Source: a bacterium BMS3Abin02
Lineage (GTDB): Bacteria; Actinomycetota; Acidimicrobiia; Spongiisociales; UBA4744
DNA: 64,000 bases
Reading direction: 5' to 3'
Assembly: GCA_002897675.1 (NCBI GenBank)
Contig: BDSU01000040.1
Coordinates: forward strand, 5,201-69,200
Shown here: in pieces, positions 18,780 to 29,411 of the stretch
Layout: each line of letters opens with the position of its first letter
How positions within the stretch are numbered: the stretch's first letter is position 1
Position numbers and translations under genes: made by a program
The notes under the pieces: generated by a model
Database searches by the model: none
What the model was told of the DNA's origin: nothing
The model's input: the letters and a program-made list of their open reading frames with translations, nothing else

Positions 18780-18886
18780 TGCCTTATGGGGAATCGTGAA
18801 GTGCAGCTAGTGTCCTCGCGGGGCACCGATCTGGACCCGGAGTTCTCTGAGCGACGGGACAGTGCAGATGAGCTGGAGGTGACACA

Positions 18887-20026
18887 GTGGCTGGACGCGA
18901 TCGCGCGACGATGCTGTTCACGACCAAGTATGGCGCCAGACCAACAGGGCTCGTGCGCGCCCCTGGACGTGTCAACCTGATTGGCGAACACACGGACTAC
19001 AACGGTGGGTACGTGCTCCCGATGGCCATTGAGAGAGCTGTCTGGATAGCATTTCGACCCCGCTCCGACCGCCAGGTCATACTCCGTTCCGAAGCCTTTG
19101 TGGATGATGCACGGATCGATCTCGACCAGTTGACGCGCGGTGAGGGTTGGGCGGAGTATGCCAAAGGTGTCGCATGGGCCATGGAGAAGGCAGGCAATCG
19201 TCTGCGCGGCTGGGAAGGCGTCATCGCCAGCGACATCGCCATGGCCGCAGGTCTCTCTTCTTCGGCTGCGCTCGGCATCGCCATCGAAGTGGTGTTTGCG
19301 AAGATCTCGGACCTCGGCTGGGATCCCGCTTCGTTCGCACAGCTTCAACAGCTCTCCGAGAACGAATGGGTGGGGGTTCGCAGCGGGATCATGGATCCGC
19401 TCATCGTGACGGGCGCTCACAAGGGCCATGCGATGCTCATCGATTGTCTTACGTTCAAGGGTATCCACATCCTCATTCCACCGGAGGCCTCTATCGTCGT
19501 CATGGACACCGGAACCCGGAGGAACCTGATCGAGGCCGGCTACAACCGGCGAAGATCCCAGTGTGAAACCGCCGCGGCAAGGCTTGGTGTAACGACACTG
19601 CGAGACGTCACGATGACCCAACTCGACGACCACAAAGCCGATTTGGAGGAACCTCTGTACGACTGTGCCATGCATGTCGTATCGGAGAATGAACGTACGC
19701 TCGCCGCGGCGGATGCACTTCGTCGGGGTTCACTGGGAGAGTTCGGGAGTCTCATGAACGAGAGCCACGCGTCACTGCGCGATTCCTTCGGAGTCTCCAG
19801 CCGGCCGCTCGATGCGATGGTGGAGGTTGCCCAGACGACACCCGGGTGTTTCGGAGCCCGCCTCACGGGAGGTGGCTACGCCGGTGCTGCGGTCGCCCTC
19901 GTTGCACTGGAATCGGCCGAACGTTTCATCCACGTCGTGGAGGACGGATTCCATGAGGCGACAGGCCTACAGGGGCACTGCTACGTCGTCGAATCCGCGC
20001 GAGGAGCGAGCTTCGAGCCGATATGA
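18887..20026 (+). CDS. galK: Galactokinase. The start may be the internal Met at 18911.
   Basis: GHMP kinase motifs: PGRVNLIGEHTDYNGGYVLPMAI and GLSSSAALGIA. C-terminal GARLTGGGYAGAAVALV. Confidence 0.85.
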   Translation: MAGRDRATMLFTTKYGARPTGLVRAPGRVNLIGEHTDYNGGYVLPMAIERAVWIAFRPRSDRQVILRSEAFVDDARIDLDQLTRGEGWAEYAKGVAWAMEKAGNRLRGWEGVIASDIAMAAGLSSSAALGIAIEVVFAKISDLGWDPASFAQLQQLSENEWVGVRSGIMDPLIVTGAHKGHAMLIDCLTFKGIHILIPPEASIVVMDTGTRRNLIEAGYNRRRSQCETAAARLGVTTLRDVTMTQLDDHKADLEEPLYDCAMHVVSENERTLAAADALRRGSLGEFGSLMNESHASLRDSFGVSSRPLDAMVEVAQTTPGCFGARLTGGGYAGAAVALVALESAERFIHVVEDGFHEATGLQGHCYVVESARGASFEPI

Positions 20027-20418
20027 GCCGCCTTCGGTTCCATCCAGAAGACGGCGAGGGGTTCGGCTGTGGCGCGCAGCCACTCGAAGGCCTCCCGATA
20101 GGCATCGCCGTCCGACCCGGCCGCCAGATCGCCTGCAACGTCCTCCAGCGCGGTCTCGAGACCGTAGAGAAGCCCTTGAAGCTCCTCCAGGTCACGACGC
20201 GATACCAGAACATCGTCCGCACCGAGACCACGTGCATCCGCCAGCTTGCGAGCGATGTGGGCCTGCTGGCGGCAACTTTGCTTGCAGTAGCGCCTTGGCC
20301 TTCCCGGGCCTTTGCGTCTGGGCAGCGCTCCCCCGCACCACGCACAGCGGTTCGCATGTTTCGTCACGTGACGGATACTACCGACTGTGCCTGCGATGTA
20401 TCGGGAACCGGGACTCAT
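19981..20418 (-). CDS. Small zinc-ribbon protein, hypothetical. Its 3' end overlaps the 3' end of galK by 46 nt.
   Basis: CxxC...C...C cluster: CAWCGGALPRRKGPGRPRRYCKQSCRQQAHIARK. An acidic C-terminal half. Confidence 0.4.
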   Translation of the reverse strand: MSPGSRYIAGTVGSIRHVTKHANRCAWCGGALPRRKGPGRPRRYCKQSCRQQAHIARKLADARGLGADDVLVSRRDLEELQGLLYGLETALEDVAGDLAAGSDGDAYREAFEWLRATAEPLAVFWMEPKAAHIGSKLAPRADSTT

Positions 20419-20451
20419 CGATGATGATCGTCACCAACGAGGACCGCTCGA

Positions 20452-20706
20452 TCACACACGAGAGACCGGACCGCTCGTAAGGATCGAACCTGTGCTCGAG
20501 ATCGTCCCCCCGCAATGTCTCAGGATCTCACGCGCCGAGCCCTGCTCGGATCCCTCGAGAAGGCGTCGAGCGACCTCGAGCGCCGTGGCCTCGTCGGCTG
20601 CCGCGTGCGCCACCGGACGCTCGATCCACCGGGCGACCCGTTCGGAACCGAGATGATCATGAGCTGTGAGAGCAGCCGCCAGATCGTCGGTCCAGAACCA
20701 TCGCAT
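20452..20706 (-). CDS. Small hypothetical protein
   Basis: 84-aa ORF directly upstream of, and co-oriented with, the zinc-ribbon ORF. No recognisable domain. Confidence 0.3.
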   Translation of the reverse strand: MRWFWTDDLAAALTAHDHLGSERVARWIERPVAHAAADEATALEVARRLLEGSEQGSAREILRHCGGTISSTGSILTSGPVSRV

Positions 20707-20821
20707 TGCGCACCTCCGTGGGATGAGTAGAACGATCTCACCGTATCGCCCATGTCAAGAGCACCAGACCTGGGGAAACACAGCCGTGGAGTTTCACCCG
20801 CGCCGGTGCGCACTTCGCCGC

Positions 20822-22345
20822 TCACGTCACGACGGCGGCTCCAGACCGGCGAGGGTCGACGCCGGTTTCCATCGTGCCATCGGGATGGAGGGCGACGGCA
20901 CCCACACCCCCGAAGAACATGTCTTCACGCTCGAAGGGCCTCGTTGGATACCCGAGAGATTCGACGCCAGATCCCGGCTCGTAGGCGACGCGAGTCTCAC
21001 CATTCGTGAATTCGACGTGAATCCGCGGATGCGCCACGGCATCCTGGAGGGTCATGCCCAGATGAGCGATATTGAGGAATGCCTGAAGAATGGCCGTGGT
21101 GATACGTTCGGCGCCTGGCGACCCGATGGCCACCACCGAACCCGACTCATCCCTGGCGACCGTCGGTGCCATGTTCGAGAGAAGACGCTCTCCCGGCTCG
21201 AGCGCGTGAAGGCCGCCAGGATTGAGCTCGAGCTCGCCGAGGGAGTTGTTCAGCCATATCCCCGTGCCAGGTGCCATGACTCCCGAGCCGTAGCCGGCAG
21301 AGAACGTTGCAGCGCAGGCGAGCCCACTCTCGTCCACAACGGAGGTGTGGATGGTCGACGGACACGCCGCCAGCCAGGCGGCTCCATCCGCATCGATCAT
21401 GTTCAGCAGAGTCTCGGCTTCTGCGGCCAGGTCCTCTGCACCGTCGAGATGCTCTCTCCGATGCCCGAAGACCGAGCGCTGGACCTTGACGAGACGGTCC
21501 AATGCCTCCTCCGTCCAGCTCCCGACAGGTTCCTGATCCATCAGCGCGATCATCGCTGCCAGGGCCACTCCTCCGACCGCCGGAGGCGGATTGGAAGCGA
21601 TGTCCCATCCGAGGATCTCCAGCCGAAGGGGATCTCGAACGATCGCTTCGTAGCTTGCGAGGTCTTCTTCGGTCAACAGTCCACCGCCTGCGTCCATGTC
21701 GGCAACGATCTTCCGTGCAAGAGACCCCGTGTAGAAGACCTCAGCTCCGAAGTCCGCAATGGCGCGCAGACTCTCTGCAAGCCCGTCGATACGCACGATG
21801 TCGCCCGCCTCCAACACTTTGCCGCTCTCATCGTGAAGAGCGCCGTAGCTCGGTTCATGCCACCCGAAGATGGTGTCGTGACAGTGTTCCAGATAGCGCG
21901 AAGCGGCGACAGAGAGTGGAAAACCATGCTCGGCGAGATCGACGGACGGTTCGACAAGGAGCCTCCAGGAAAGCTTCCCAAAGCGTGAGGAGGCAGTTTG
22001 ACAAGCAGCCAGTGCGCCTGGAACGGCCACCGATCCATGTCCCACCCTGGTGGTCATACCGCCCCCGTAAGCCATCCAGGCATCGAACATGCCGCCCCCG
22101 AACCGGGAGGGATCCGTCCCTTTGCCGGGCATGATCGCGTAGCCGTCGACGGTGCAAGGAGACCTGTCGGGCGGCCAGATGGTGAGAAACCCGCCTCCTC
22201 CCAGGGCAACGATGCCAGGTTCCGAGATCATGCCCGCGATCGATGCGGCGATCGCAGCATCGACGGCATTGCCACCTTGCGCGGCGATCCGTTCGGCGGC
22301 ACCGGCTGCGTGCGTCGAGACTGCTGCAACAGCGATACGGGTCAT
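20822..22345 (-). CDS. ggt: Gamma-glutamyltransferase family protein
   Basis: 507 aa. Conserved GGT regions TTHxSVVD-like (TIHTSVVDESG) and GSPGAERIT (GSPGG-like). Ntn-hydrolase family. Confidence 0.85.
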   Translation of the reverse strand: MTRIAVAAVSTHAAGAAERIAAQGGNAVDAAIAASIAGMISEPGIVALGGGGFLTIWPPDRSPCTVDGYAIMPGKGTDPSRFGGGMFDAWMAYGGGMTTRVGHGSVAVPGALAACQTASSRFGKLSWRLLVEPSVDLAEHGFPLSVAASRYLEHCHDTIFGWHEPSYGALHDESGKVLEAGDIVRIDGLAESLRAIADFGAEVFYTGSLARKIVADMDAGGGLLTEEDLASYEAIVRDPLRLEILGWDIASNPPPAVGGVALAAMIALMDQEPVGSWTEEALDRLVKVQRSVFGHRREHLDGAEDLAAEAETLLNMIDADGAAWLAACPSTIHTSVVDESGLACAATFSAGYGSGVMAPGTGIWLNNSLGELELNPGGLHALEPGERLLSNMAPTVARDESGSVVAIGSPGAERITTAILQAFLNIAHLGMTLQDAVAHPRIHVEFTNGETRVAYEPGSGVESLGYPTRPFEREDMFFGGVGAVALHPDGTMETGVDPRRSGAAVVT

Positions 22346-22456
22346 GACGCCCTGAGCGTAACCGGAGCGTTGGCCCCGCAGCCATCACGGCGACGATAAG
22401 TGCCGGCGCGCCATGCCCGCAGGTCTGCCGACAGCCGGCAGGGGCCGAGAGAGCAC

Positions 22457-22780
22457 TCACAAGACGAGCGCCGTCTCCTCGGGACGGACATTCACTTGCT
22501 CGGCGATGATCTCGAGACGGCTGCGCCGACCCTGCTCACCGTCCCAGAACCGTCGCTGGATCGCTCCGACCACCCAGAGACGTGAACCGGCCGAGGGGGC
22601 GTTCTCGATCAACTCCTCCGACGGATCCCACAGTGTGACGGGCAGGACGTCGACACGTCGCCGGGGCTGCTCACTGCGAACGGTGAGGAGATACCGAACC
22701 AGACGCGTCCCTGAATCAAAGGTGCGCACTTCGGGAGGAGCAGCCAGGTGTCCGCAAAGAACTGCGAGGTTGAGGTCCAT
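22457..22780 (-). CDS. Single-stranded DNA-binding protein-like (short, OB-fold only)
   Basis: MDLNLAVLCGHLAAPPEVRTFDSGTRLVRYLLTV resembles the SSB N-terminus (MNxVxLIGRLxxDPELR). About 107 aa, with no acidic tail. Confidence 0.55.
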   Translation of the reverse strand: MDLNLAVLCGHLAAPPEVRTFDSGTRLVRYLLTVRSEQPRRRVDVLPVTLWDPSEELIENAPSAGSRLWVVGAIQRRFWDGEQGRRSRLEIIAEQVNVRPEETALVL

Positions 22781-22871
22781 GACGGTGCCTTTCCGGGGAA
22801 GGCGGGAGGTGATGTGTACCGTAAGGCCGGGGTGTGACATCTCTGGCCGGTGAACAACGTAGAGTGACCCC

Positions 22872-23795
22872 ATGAATGACGTACGTGCCGTTGAGATCGG
22901 TGACCGCCTCTATCAAATCGACGCATGGATGGAGGGTCACCCGGAGCGCCTCGCCTGCTACCTGTTCGACACGCCTGAGCGGGTGCTCATCGAAGTCGGA
23001 CCCTCTGCAACACTCGGACATCTGATCGAGGCTCTCGACGAACTGGGAGTGGACGACTTGGCGATCTTCGTCGTCACCCACATCCATCTGGATCATGCGG
23101 GCGGGGCCGGGCAGATGGCAAAGCGATATCCCAATGCAAAGGTGGGCGTGCACTCTCGGGGAGCCAGGCACCTCGCGAACCCGGAACGTCTGTGGGCTTC
23201 GGCCATCCAGGTCTTCGGAGAAGAGTGGCTCACATCCGTATGGGGTCCCATCGAGCCGGTGGATCCAGAACGCCTCGTGATTCTCGACGAAGGAGACCGA
23301 GTGTCCCTCGGCAACGGAAGGTTCCTCGACGTCATGTACACGCCGGGGCACGCGAAACACCATGTCGTCTACCAGGATTCGGACGGGGGCGGCATGTTCG
23401 TCGGAGATGCCCTCGGGCTCTGCTATCCACACGGCCACTTCGTTCAGCCCGTGACACCGCCACCGGATTTCGATCCCGACGTGCAGATCGCGCAGATGGG
23501 CAGGATGCTGGACCGTCGCCCCAGCTTCCTCGCGTTTGCCCACTTCGGTCCTCGTTACGACGTCGAGACCACACTGATCGAAGCCGAAGAACGCTTGCGC
23601 GAATGGGTGCAGGCGGTGTCGACGTTCGCCGGGATGTCAACCGAAGCAGCGGGCGAACGTCTCAGGCTGTGGACGGCGGACAAGTATCGTGGCTTCGGCT
23701 ATTCGGAGGATGCTATCGCCTCGTATGCCGAGAAGACCAATTGGCCGATGCAGGCTGCCGGGATCAGGCGATGGCTAGCTCAGCGGGCAGGCTGA
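22872..23795 (+). CDS. MBL-fold metallo-hydrolase
   Basis: THIHLDHAGG motif (HxHxDH). 307 aa. Confidence 0.75.
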   Translation: MNDVRAVEIGDRLYQIDAWMEGHPERLACYLFDTPERVLIEVGPSATLGHLIEALDELGVDDLAIFVVTHIHLDHAGGAGQMAKRYPNAKVGVHSRGARHLANPERLWASAIQVFGEEWLTSVWGPIEPVDPERLVILDEGDRVSLGNGRFLDVMYTPGHAKHHVVYQDSDGGGMFVGDALGLCYPHGHFVQPVTPPPDFDPDVQIAQMGRMLDRRPSFLAFAHFGPRYDVETTLIEAEERLREWVQAVSTFAGMSTEAAGERLRLWTADKYRGFGYSEDAIASYAEKTNWPMQAAGIRRWLAQRAG

Positions 23796-24606
23796 ACTCG
23801 ACGCGTTCGATCGCCGGCGTCTCCAGAGGCGTGATCACGTCGCTTCTCCTCGAGGTGTCGCCGTACACATACACCGGCATTCCGAGCCGCAACCGTCCGA
23901 GGAGGTAATTCATGTCCGGAATCCGAACGCGCACGCATCCATGAGAAGCCGGATAGGCAGGAACGCTCCCAGACCCGTGAATCGCGTACCCGCCTCGAAA
24001 GTAGTACGGCTCATACAGCCCTCCAAGATATGAAATCCGCCACCCGTCGACATGACGGTAGAAGGAGAATGCCCCCTCAGGGGTGCGCGCCTTCGAGAGA
24101 CCCCCACCCCGACTGCGATACGTACTTCCGCTGCCCGATGAGATCGGCAGGATGCTCGCCACAGTCTGGTTCTCGATGAGGAAGAGCACCTGACGCCCCA
24201 AATCGATTTCGACGCGATCCGGTGCGGACGCAGTGCCGACGCTGATGGGCTCATCCAGAAGCCTCCAGTCCGCCGATCGGAAGATTCCGTCACGAGGGAG
24301 ACCGTGTGCTTTCTGGAACGCGACCACGGCTGCGCTCAGCGCCTCGCCGTAGCGCCCGTCGACCGGACCCGGTCGAAATCCAATCTCACCCAGTCGTCGT
24401 TGGAGCTGGACCACACCGTGGCCGGTAGATCCTACACGGAGCTCCGATGGAGGGCTCCAGGCCTCGCCGTACCCGAAGACGTTCGGATCGTCGAAAGATA
24501 CGGCGATTGCGCGGATCGAGAACGGCATTGCCGTCAGCAAGGCCGCTCCCGCGATGACGAGAAGAAACCTTCGCAGCATCTGTTTCCCTGACACAACACT
24601 GAGCAT
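23764..24606 (-). CDS. L,D-transpeptidase with peptidoglycan-binding domain
   Basis: Signal/TM N-terminus, a PG_binding_1-like repeat (GHGVVQLQRRLGEIGFRPGPVDGRYG), then a YkuD catalytic motif HGCVRV. The 3' end overlaps the convergent MBL gene by 32 nt. Confidence 0.8.
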   Translation of the reverse strand: MLSVVSGKQMLRRFLLVIAGAALLTAMPFSIRAIAVSFDDPNVFGYGEAWSPPSELRVGSTGHGVVQLQRRLGEIGFRPGPVDGRYGEALSAAVVAFQKAHGLPRDGIFRSADWRLLDEPISVGTASAPDRVEIDLGRQVLFLIENQTVASILPISSGSGSTYRSRGGGLSKARTPEGAFSFYRHVDGWRISYLGGLYEPYYFRGGYAIHGSGSVPAYPASHGCVRVRIPDMNYLLGRLRLGMPVYVYGDTSRRSDVITPLETPAIERVEFSLPAELAIA

Positions 24607-24632
24607 CGGCCGGTGACGTCCGGTGCTTGAGT

Positions 24633-25385
24633 CTATGCGCCGATGTTTCGTATCGTGGCTCGAAGGTCATCCAGCCCGGGCATCGCCGGATCGTGCTTCT
24701 CGATGGCTTTCGCGAGTTTGAGCGCAGTCTCACCATCGCCGAGGAGCGACGCGGCGCGCGCGGCCACGAACCACTGCCGCAGGTCCTCCTCGAACGGATT
24801 CTGAGCAAGGCGCTTAGGATTGGCGATCTCCCAGGCGCCCCGGGCGTCTCCGTGATCGATCAGGAAGGAGGCAAATACCACGCGACCTTCTTTGAGCACT
24901 TCCGGTCTGCCGCCAAGTTCCTTCAGTTCATCCCAGACGCGCCGAACATCCTCGCCGCGGTCGAGCGCACGGAGGACGTCCATCTCCACGGGCATATGGA
25001 CGGTGTCTCCGGTGAGGCGACGGTAGGTCCTCAGTTCCGTCAATGCCTCTTTCCAGAGTCCGCTGCGGTATGCGCTGAGTCCGAGCAGCTCTCGAATGGC
25101 GGAGGCTCGCGGAGACAACTGTTTCGTCTTGAGCAGCAGAGAACGTGCTTTGCGGAAGTGCCCGCCGGCGAATGCGTCGGTGCCCGCTTCGAGGAGGTAC
25201 AGGGTCTCCTCCAGACGATCCTTTCGTGTCACGCGCGTGATCTCCTCGCGCAACCACTTGGGGAGTGTCGTACCTTTGCCGGTCACAATACGTCGCGTAG
25301 GCTCCGGTCCTCCCCGACCGCGTCGCGGACCAGTGCCGTCCCGCGATTCTCTGGTTCGGTCTCTGTTCCGTCCATCGCTGGGCAT
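24633..25385 (-). CDS. Hypothetical protein with a very basic N-terminus and helical-repeat C-terminus, directly downstream of 5S rRNA on the same strand
   Basis: The start was set at an internal Met (MPSDGRNRD...). The longer ORF would run through the 5S rRNA gene. About 250 aa. TPR/helical-repeat-like composition. Confidence 0.45.
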   Translation of the reverse strand: MPSDGRNRDRTRESRDGTGPRRGRGGPEPTRRIVTGKGTTLPKWLREEITRVTRKDRLEETLYLLEAGTDAFAGGHFRKARSLLLKTKQLSPRASAIRELLGLSAYRSGLWKEALTELRTYRRLTGDTVHMPVEMDVLRALDRGEDVRRVWDELKELGGRPEVLKEGRVVFASFLIDHGDARGAWEIANPKRLAQNPFEEDLRQWFVAARAASLLGDGETALKLAKAIEKHDPAMPGLDDLRATIRNIGA

Positions 25386-25439
25386 GTGAAAGCTCCTCCA
25401 ACAAGATGGGCCGCCTCGTCGGCGGCCCATCTGCTTCAT

Positions 25440-25564
<125 letters not shown>

Positions 25565-25840
25565 CGGTGAGCGCTCGGCACCCCGAGCACTCCATAGCGA
25601 GCATGTATGCAGAGTTGGATTCAAATCCAAGCCCTCGGCCGATTAGTACCGGTCAGCTCAACACATCACTGTGCTTACACATCCGGCCTATCAACCTGGT
25701 CGTCTACCAGGGGCCTTACCCTTTCGGTGGGAGATCTCATCTTGAGGTGGGCTTCGCACTTAGATGCCTTCAGCGCTTATCCCTTCCGTACATAGCCAAC
25801 CAGCCGTGCCCTTGGCAGGACAACTGGCACACCAGAGGTA

Positions 25841-25874
<34 letters not shown>

Positions 25875-25913
25875 CCCCGCAAATCTCCTACGCCCACGAC
25901 GGATAGGGACCGA

Positions 25914-26642
25914 CAGTTCTGTTACCTCCACTCTCGAAAGCCGAGAGCGGCGGTCAGGTCATTTCTGCCTGACTCTGCATGTCGCCATGCAGCTCGGACT
26001 ATATCTTCACCAATCGAGGTGTTCGGCGTATAGTCTCTGAGGGTTCTGGACTCCTATCACGTCCGACATCTTCCACTTTCGATACGCCCCATTCGCGTTC
26101 ATGGTGAACGCCAGGCGTACCAGTTGAACAAACCCCTCATACTCGAGGTGAACTTTCTCAGCCATCGCTTGCACGATGGTCGCGAAGCTCACGAAGGTTT
26201 GTTGCTTGTCGGACAGGAGTGGGTTGCGTTCGAAGAAGGGTATGACGTGATCGAGAAGATCTCTGCGTCTCCTCACCACGAACACCAGAGTCTTGTCTGA
26301 CATCCGGTGTCGATCATTGATGACGATGCGTCCGCACTTCAGTACGTCTCTGAAGTACTCGAGCACCGTCGAGCGTTCCGCATTCTGACTCACACGAAAC
26401 TCGTGAATCAGTTGGAAACCGAACGCTAGGTCGGATCGTCGTGTGATTCCGACCGAAAACGATCCTTCTCCATCGGCAAACCCGCTCAGATAGGCTTCCA
26501 GCCTTCCCTGCTGATTGTCCGCACCGGATGGTTTGTCACTGCTCATATCACGACCCTACCGAGAGGGTATGACACAAACGAGTACCACCGGATACTCGGA
26601 TATTCCAGCATATAGCCGAATTTTGAGACAGCAAGGTCATTC
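25914..26642 (-). mobile_element. Group I intron (729 nt) in 23S rRNA domain V, carrying an intact LAGLIDADG homing-endonuclease gene
   Basis: The 23S exon sequence GAGACAGU^UCGGUCCC is interrupted. The 5' exon ends in U and the intron ends in G. The group I core elements R (CCUCAGAGACUAUAC) and S (GAAGAUAUAGUCC) are present. A 179-aa ORF lies inside. Confidence 0.75.
26007..26546 (-). CDS. LAGLIDADG homing endonuclease (single-motif, I-CreI-like family), intron-encoded
   Basis: 179 aa. LAGLIDADG motif LEAYLSGFADGEGSFSV near the N-terminus. Size and downstream pattern (FxxQ..., PFFERNPLL, KxxxF) match homodimeric I-CreI-type enzymes. Confidence 0.85.
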   Translation of the reverse strand: MSSDKPSGADNQQGRLEAYLSGFADGEGSFSVGITRRSDLAFGFQLIHEFRVSQNAERSTVLEYFRDVLKCGRIVINDRHRMSDKTLVFVVRRRRDLLDHVIPFFERNPLLSDKQQTFVSFATIVQAMAEKVHLEYEGFVQLVRLAFTMNANGAYRKWKMSDVIGVQNPQRLYAEHLDW

Positions 26643-26679
26643 ACTGTCTCACGACGTTCTAAACCCAGCTCGCGTGCCG

Positions 26680-26761
<82 letters not shown>

Positions 26762-26785
26762 CCGTCGATATGGACTCTTGGGCGC

Positions 26786-26816
<31 letters not shown>

Positions 26817-26946
26817 GCCGATGAGCCATGGCGCTTCCACATGCCACCATGGGATCATTAAGCCCGACTTTCGTCCCTGCTCGACTTGTAGGTCTCACAG
26901 TCAAGCTCCCTTGTGCCTTTACACTCAACGCCTGATTGCCGACCAG

Positions 26947-26988
<42 letters not shown>

Positions 26989-27267
26989 CACCGCCCCAGT
27001 GAAACTGCCCACCAGGCACTGTCCCTGATCCGGATAACGGATCGAGGTTAGAAGCCCGCTATACGAAGGGTGGTATTTCAAGGGCGACTCCACGCCGGCT
27101 GACGCCGACGCTTCCAAGTCTCCCACCTATCCTACACATCGTATACCAGACTCCAATGCCAAGTTGCAGTAAAGGTTCCGGGGTCTTTCCGTCCTGTCGC
27201 GGGTAGTGAGCATCTTTACTCACAATGCAATTTCGCCGAGTCCCTGGTTGAGACAGTGCCCAAGTCG

Positions 27268-27857
<590 letters not shown>

Positions 27858-28752
27858 GACTTCAGAGCTTCGCCTTACGGCTAACCCCTCCGCTTGACCT
27901 TCCGGCACCGGGCAGGCGTCAGAGCGTATACGTCGTCTTGCGACTTAGCACGCTCCTGTGTTTTTAGTAAACAGTCGCTTGGGCCTGGTTTCTGCGGCCC
28001 CCTCAGGCTTCGGACGCAAGTCCTACACCTTACCGGGGCGCCCCTTCTCCCGAAGTTACGGGGCCAATTTGCCGAGTTCCTTAACCAGGGTTCTCTCGCT
28101 CGCCTTGGTATTCTCTACCTGTCCACCTGTGTCGGTTTGGGGTACGGGCGCCTGCGCACTCACTAGAGGTTTTTCTTGGCGGCTTGGGCGTTCAGCGGCT
28201 TCGCCTGAATCGGCTCGGCATCGTGCCTCGGGAATCACGAGGTCCGGATTTGCCTGGACCTCTCCCTACACACTTACCCCGGGTCAACCAACGCCCGGGT
28301 CCGCTTACCCTTCCGCGTCACCCCATTGTTCGCCTACTACCAGCGGGGTCGGTAGGCCCCGAAGGGCTTTCCTTAGCACACTGGGTTTGGCCGGATCGCA
28401 CGCGAGGCGGTACGGGAATATCAACCCGTTCTCCATCGATTACGCCTTTCGGCCTCACCTTAGGTCCCGACTAACCCTGGGCGGACGAACCTTCCCCAGG
28501 AACCCTTGGACATTCGGCGGAGGAGATTCTCACTCCTCTTTCGCTACTCATGCCGGCATTCGCACTCGGGCAGCCTCCACGGCTGGCTCACGCCGCCGCT
28601 TCGAGGGCTGCTCGACGCTCCCCTACCGATCCTGTCGCCTGGACCCGCACCCCTTGGGGTACAGGTCGAGCTCATGACAGAATCCCGCAGCTTCGGCACC
28701 GAACTTGAGCCCCGTTACATTTTCCGCGCAGAATCACTCGACCAGTGAGCTG

Positions 28753-28801
<49 letters not shown>

Positions 28802-29369
28802 TTGGGCGACTCCACATCGTTTCCCACTAAGTTCGGATTTAGGGGCCTTAGCTGGCGGTCTGGGCTGTTTCCCTTTCGACTACGAAGCTCATCCCCCGCA
28901 GTCTGACTGCTGTATTCTAAAGCCATGAGATTCGGAGTTTGACTGGGATCGGTAAGCTTGTTGGCCCCCTAGCCCAATCAGTGCTCTACCCCCATGGCGA
29001 AACATACAACGCTAGCCCTAAAGCTATTTCGGGGAGAACCAGCTATCACCGAGTTTGCTTGGCCTTTCACCCCTATCCACAGGTCATCCCCCAAGTTTTC
29101 AACCTTGGTGGGTTCGGGCCTCCACGAGGTCTTACCCTCGCTTCACCCTGCCCATGGATAGATCACTCGGATTCGGGTCCAGAGCACGCGACTCGACGCC
29201 CTATTCAGACTCGCTTTCGCTGCGGCTTCGGCACACGCCTTAACCTTGCCACGTACTGCTGACTCGCCGGCTCATTCTTCAAAAGGCAGGCGGTCAGGGA
29301 TCAAAGATCCCCTCCCACTGCTTGTAGGTCCACGATTTCAGGTTCTCTTTCACTCCCCTCACCGGGGTG

Positions 29370-29411
<42 letters not shown>

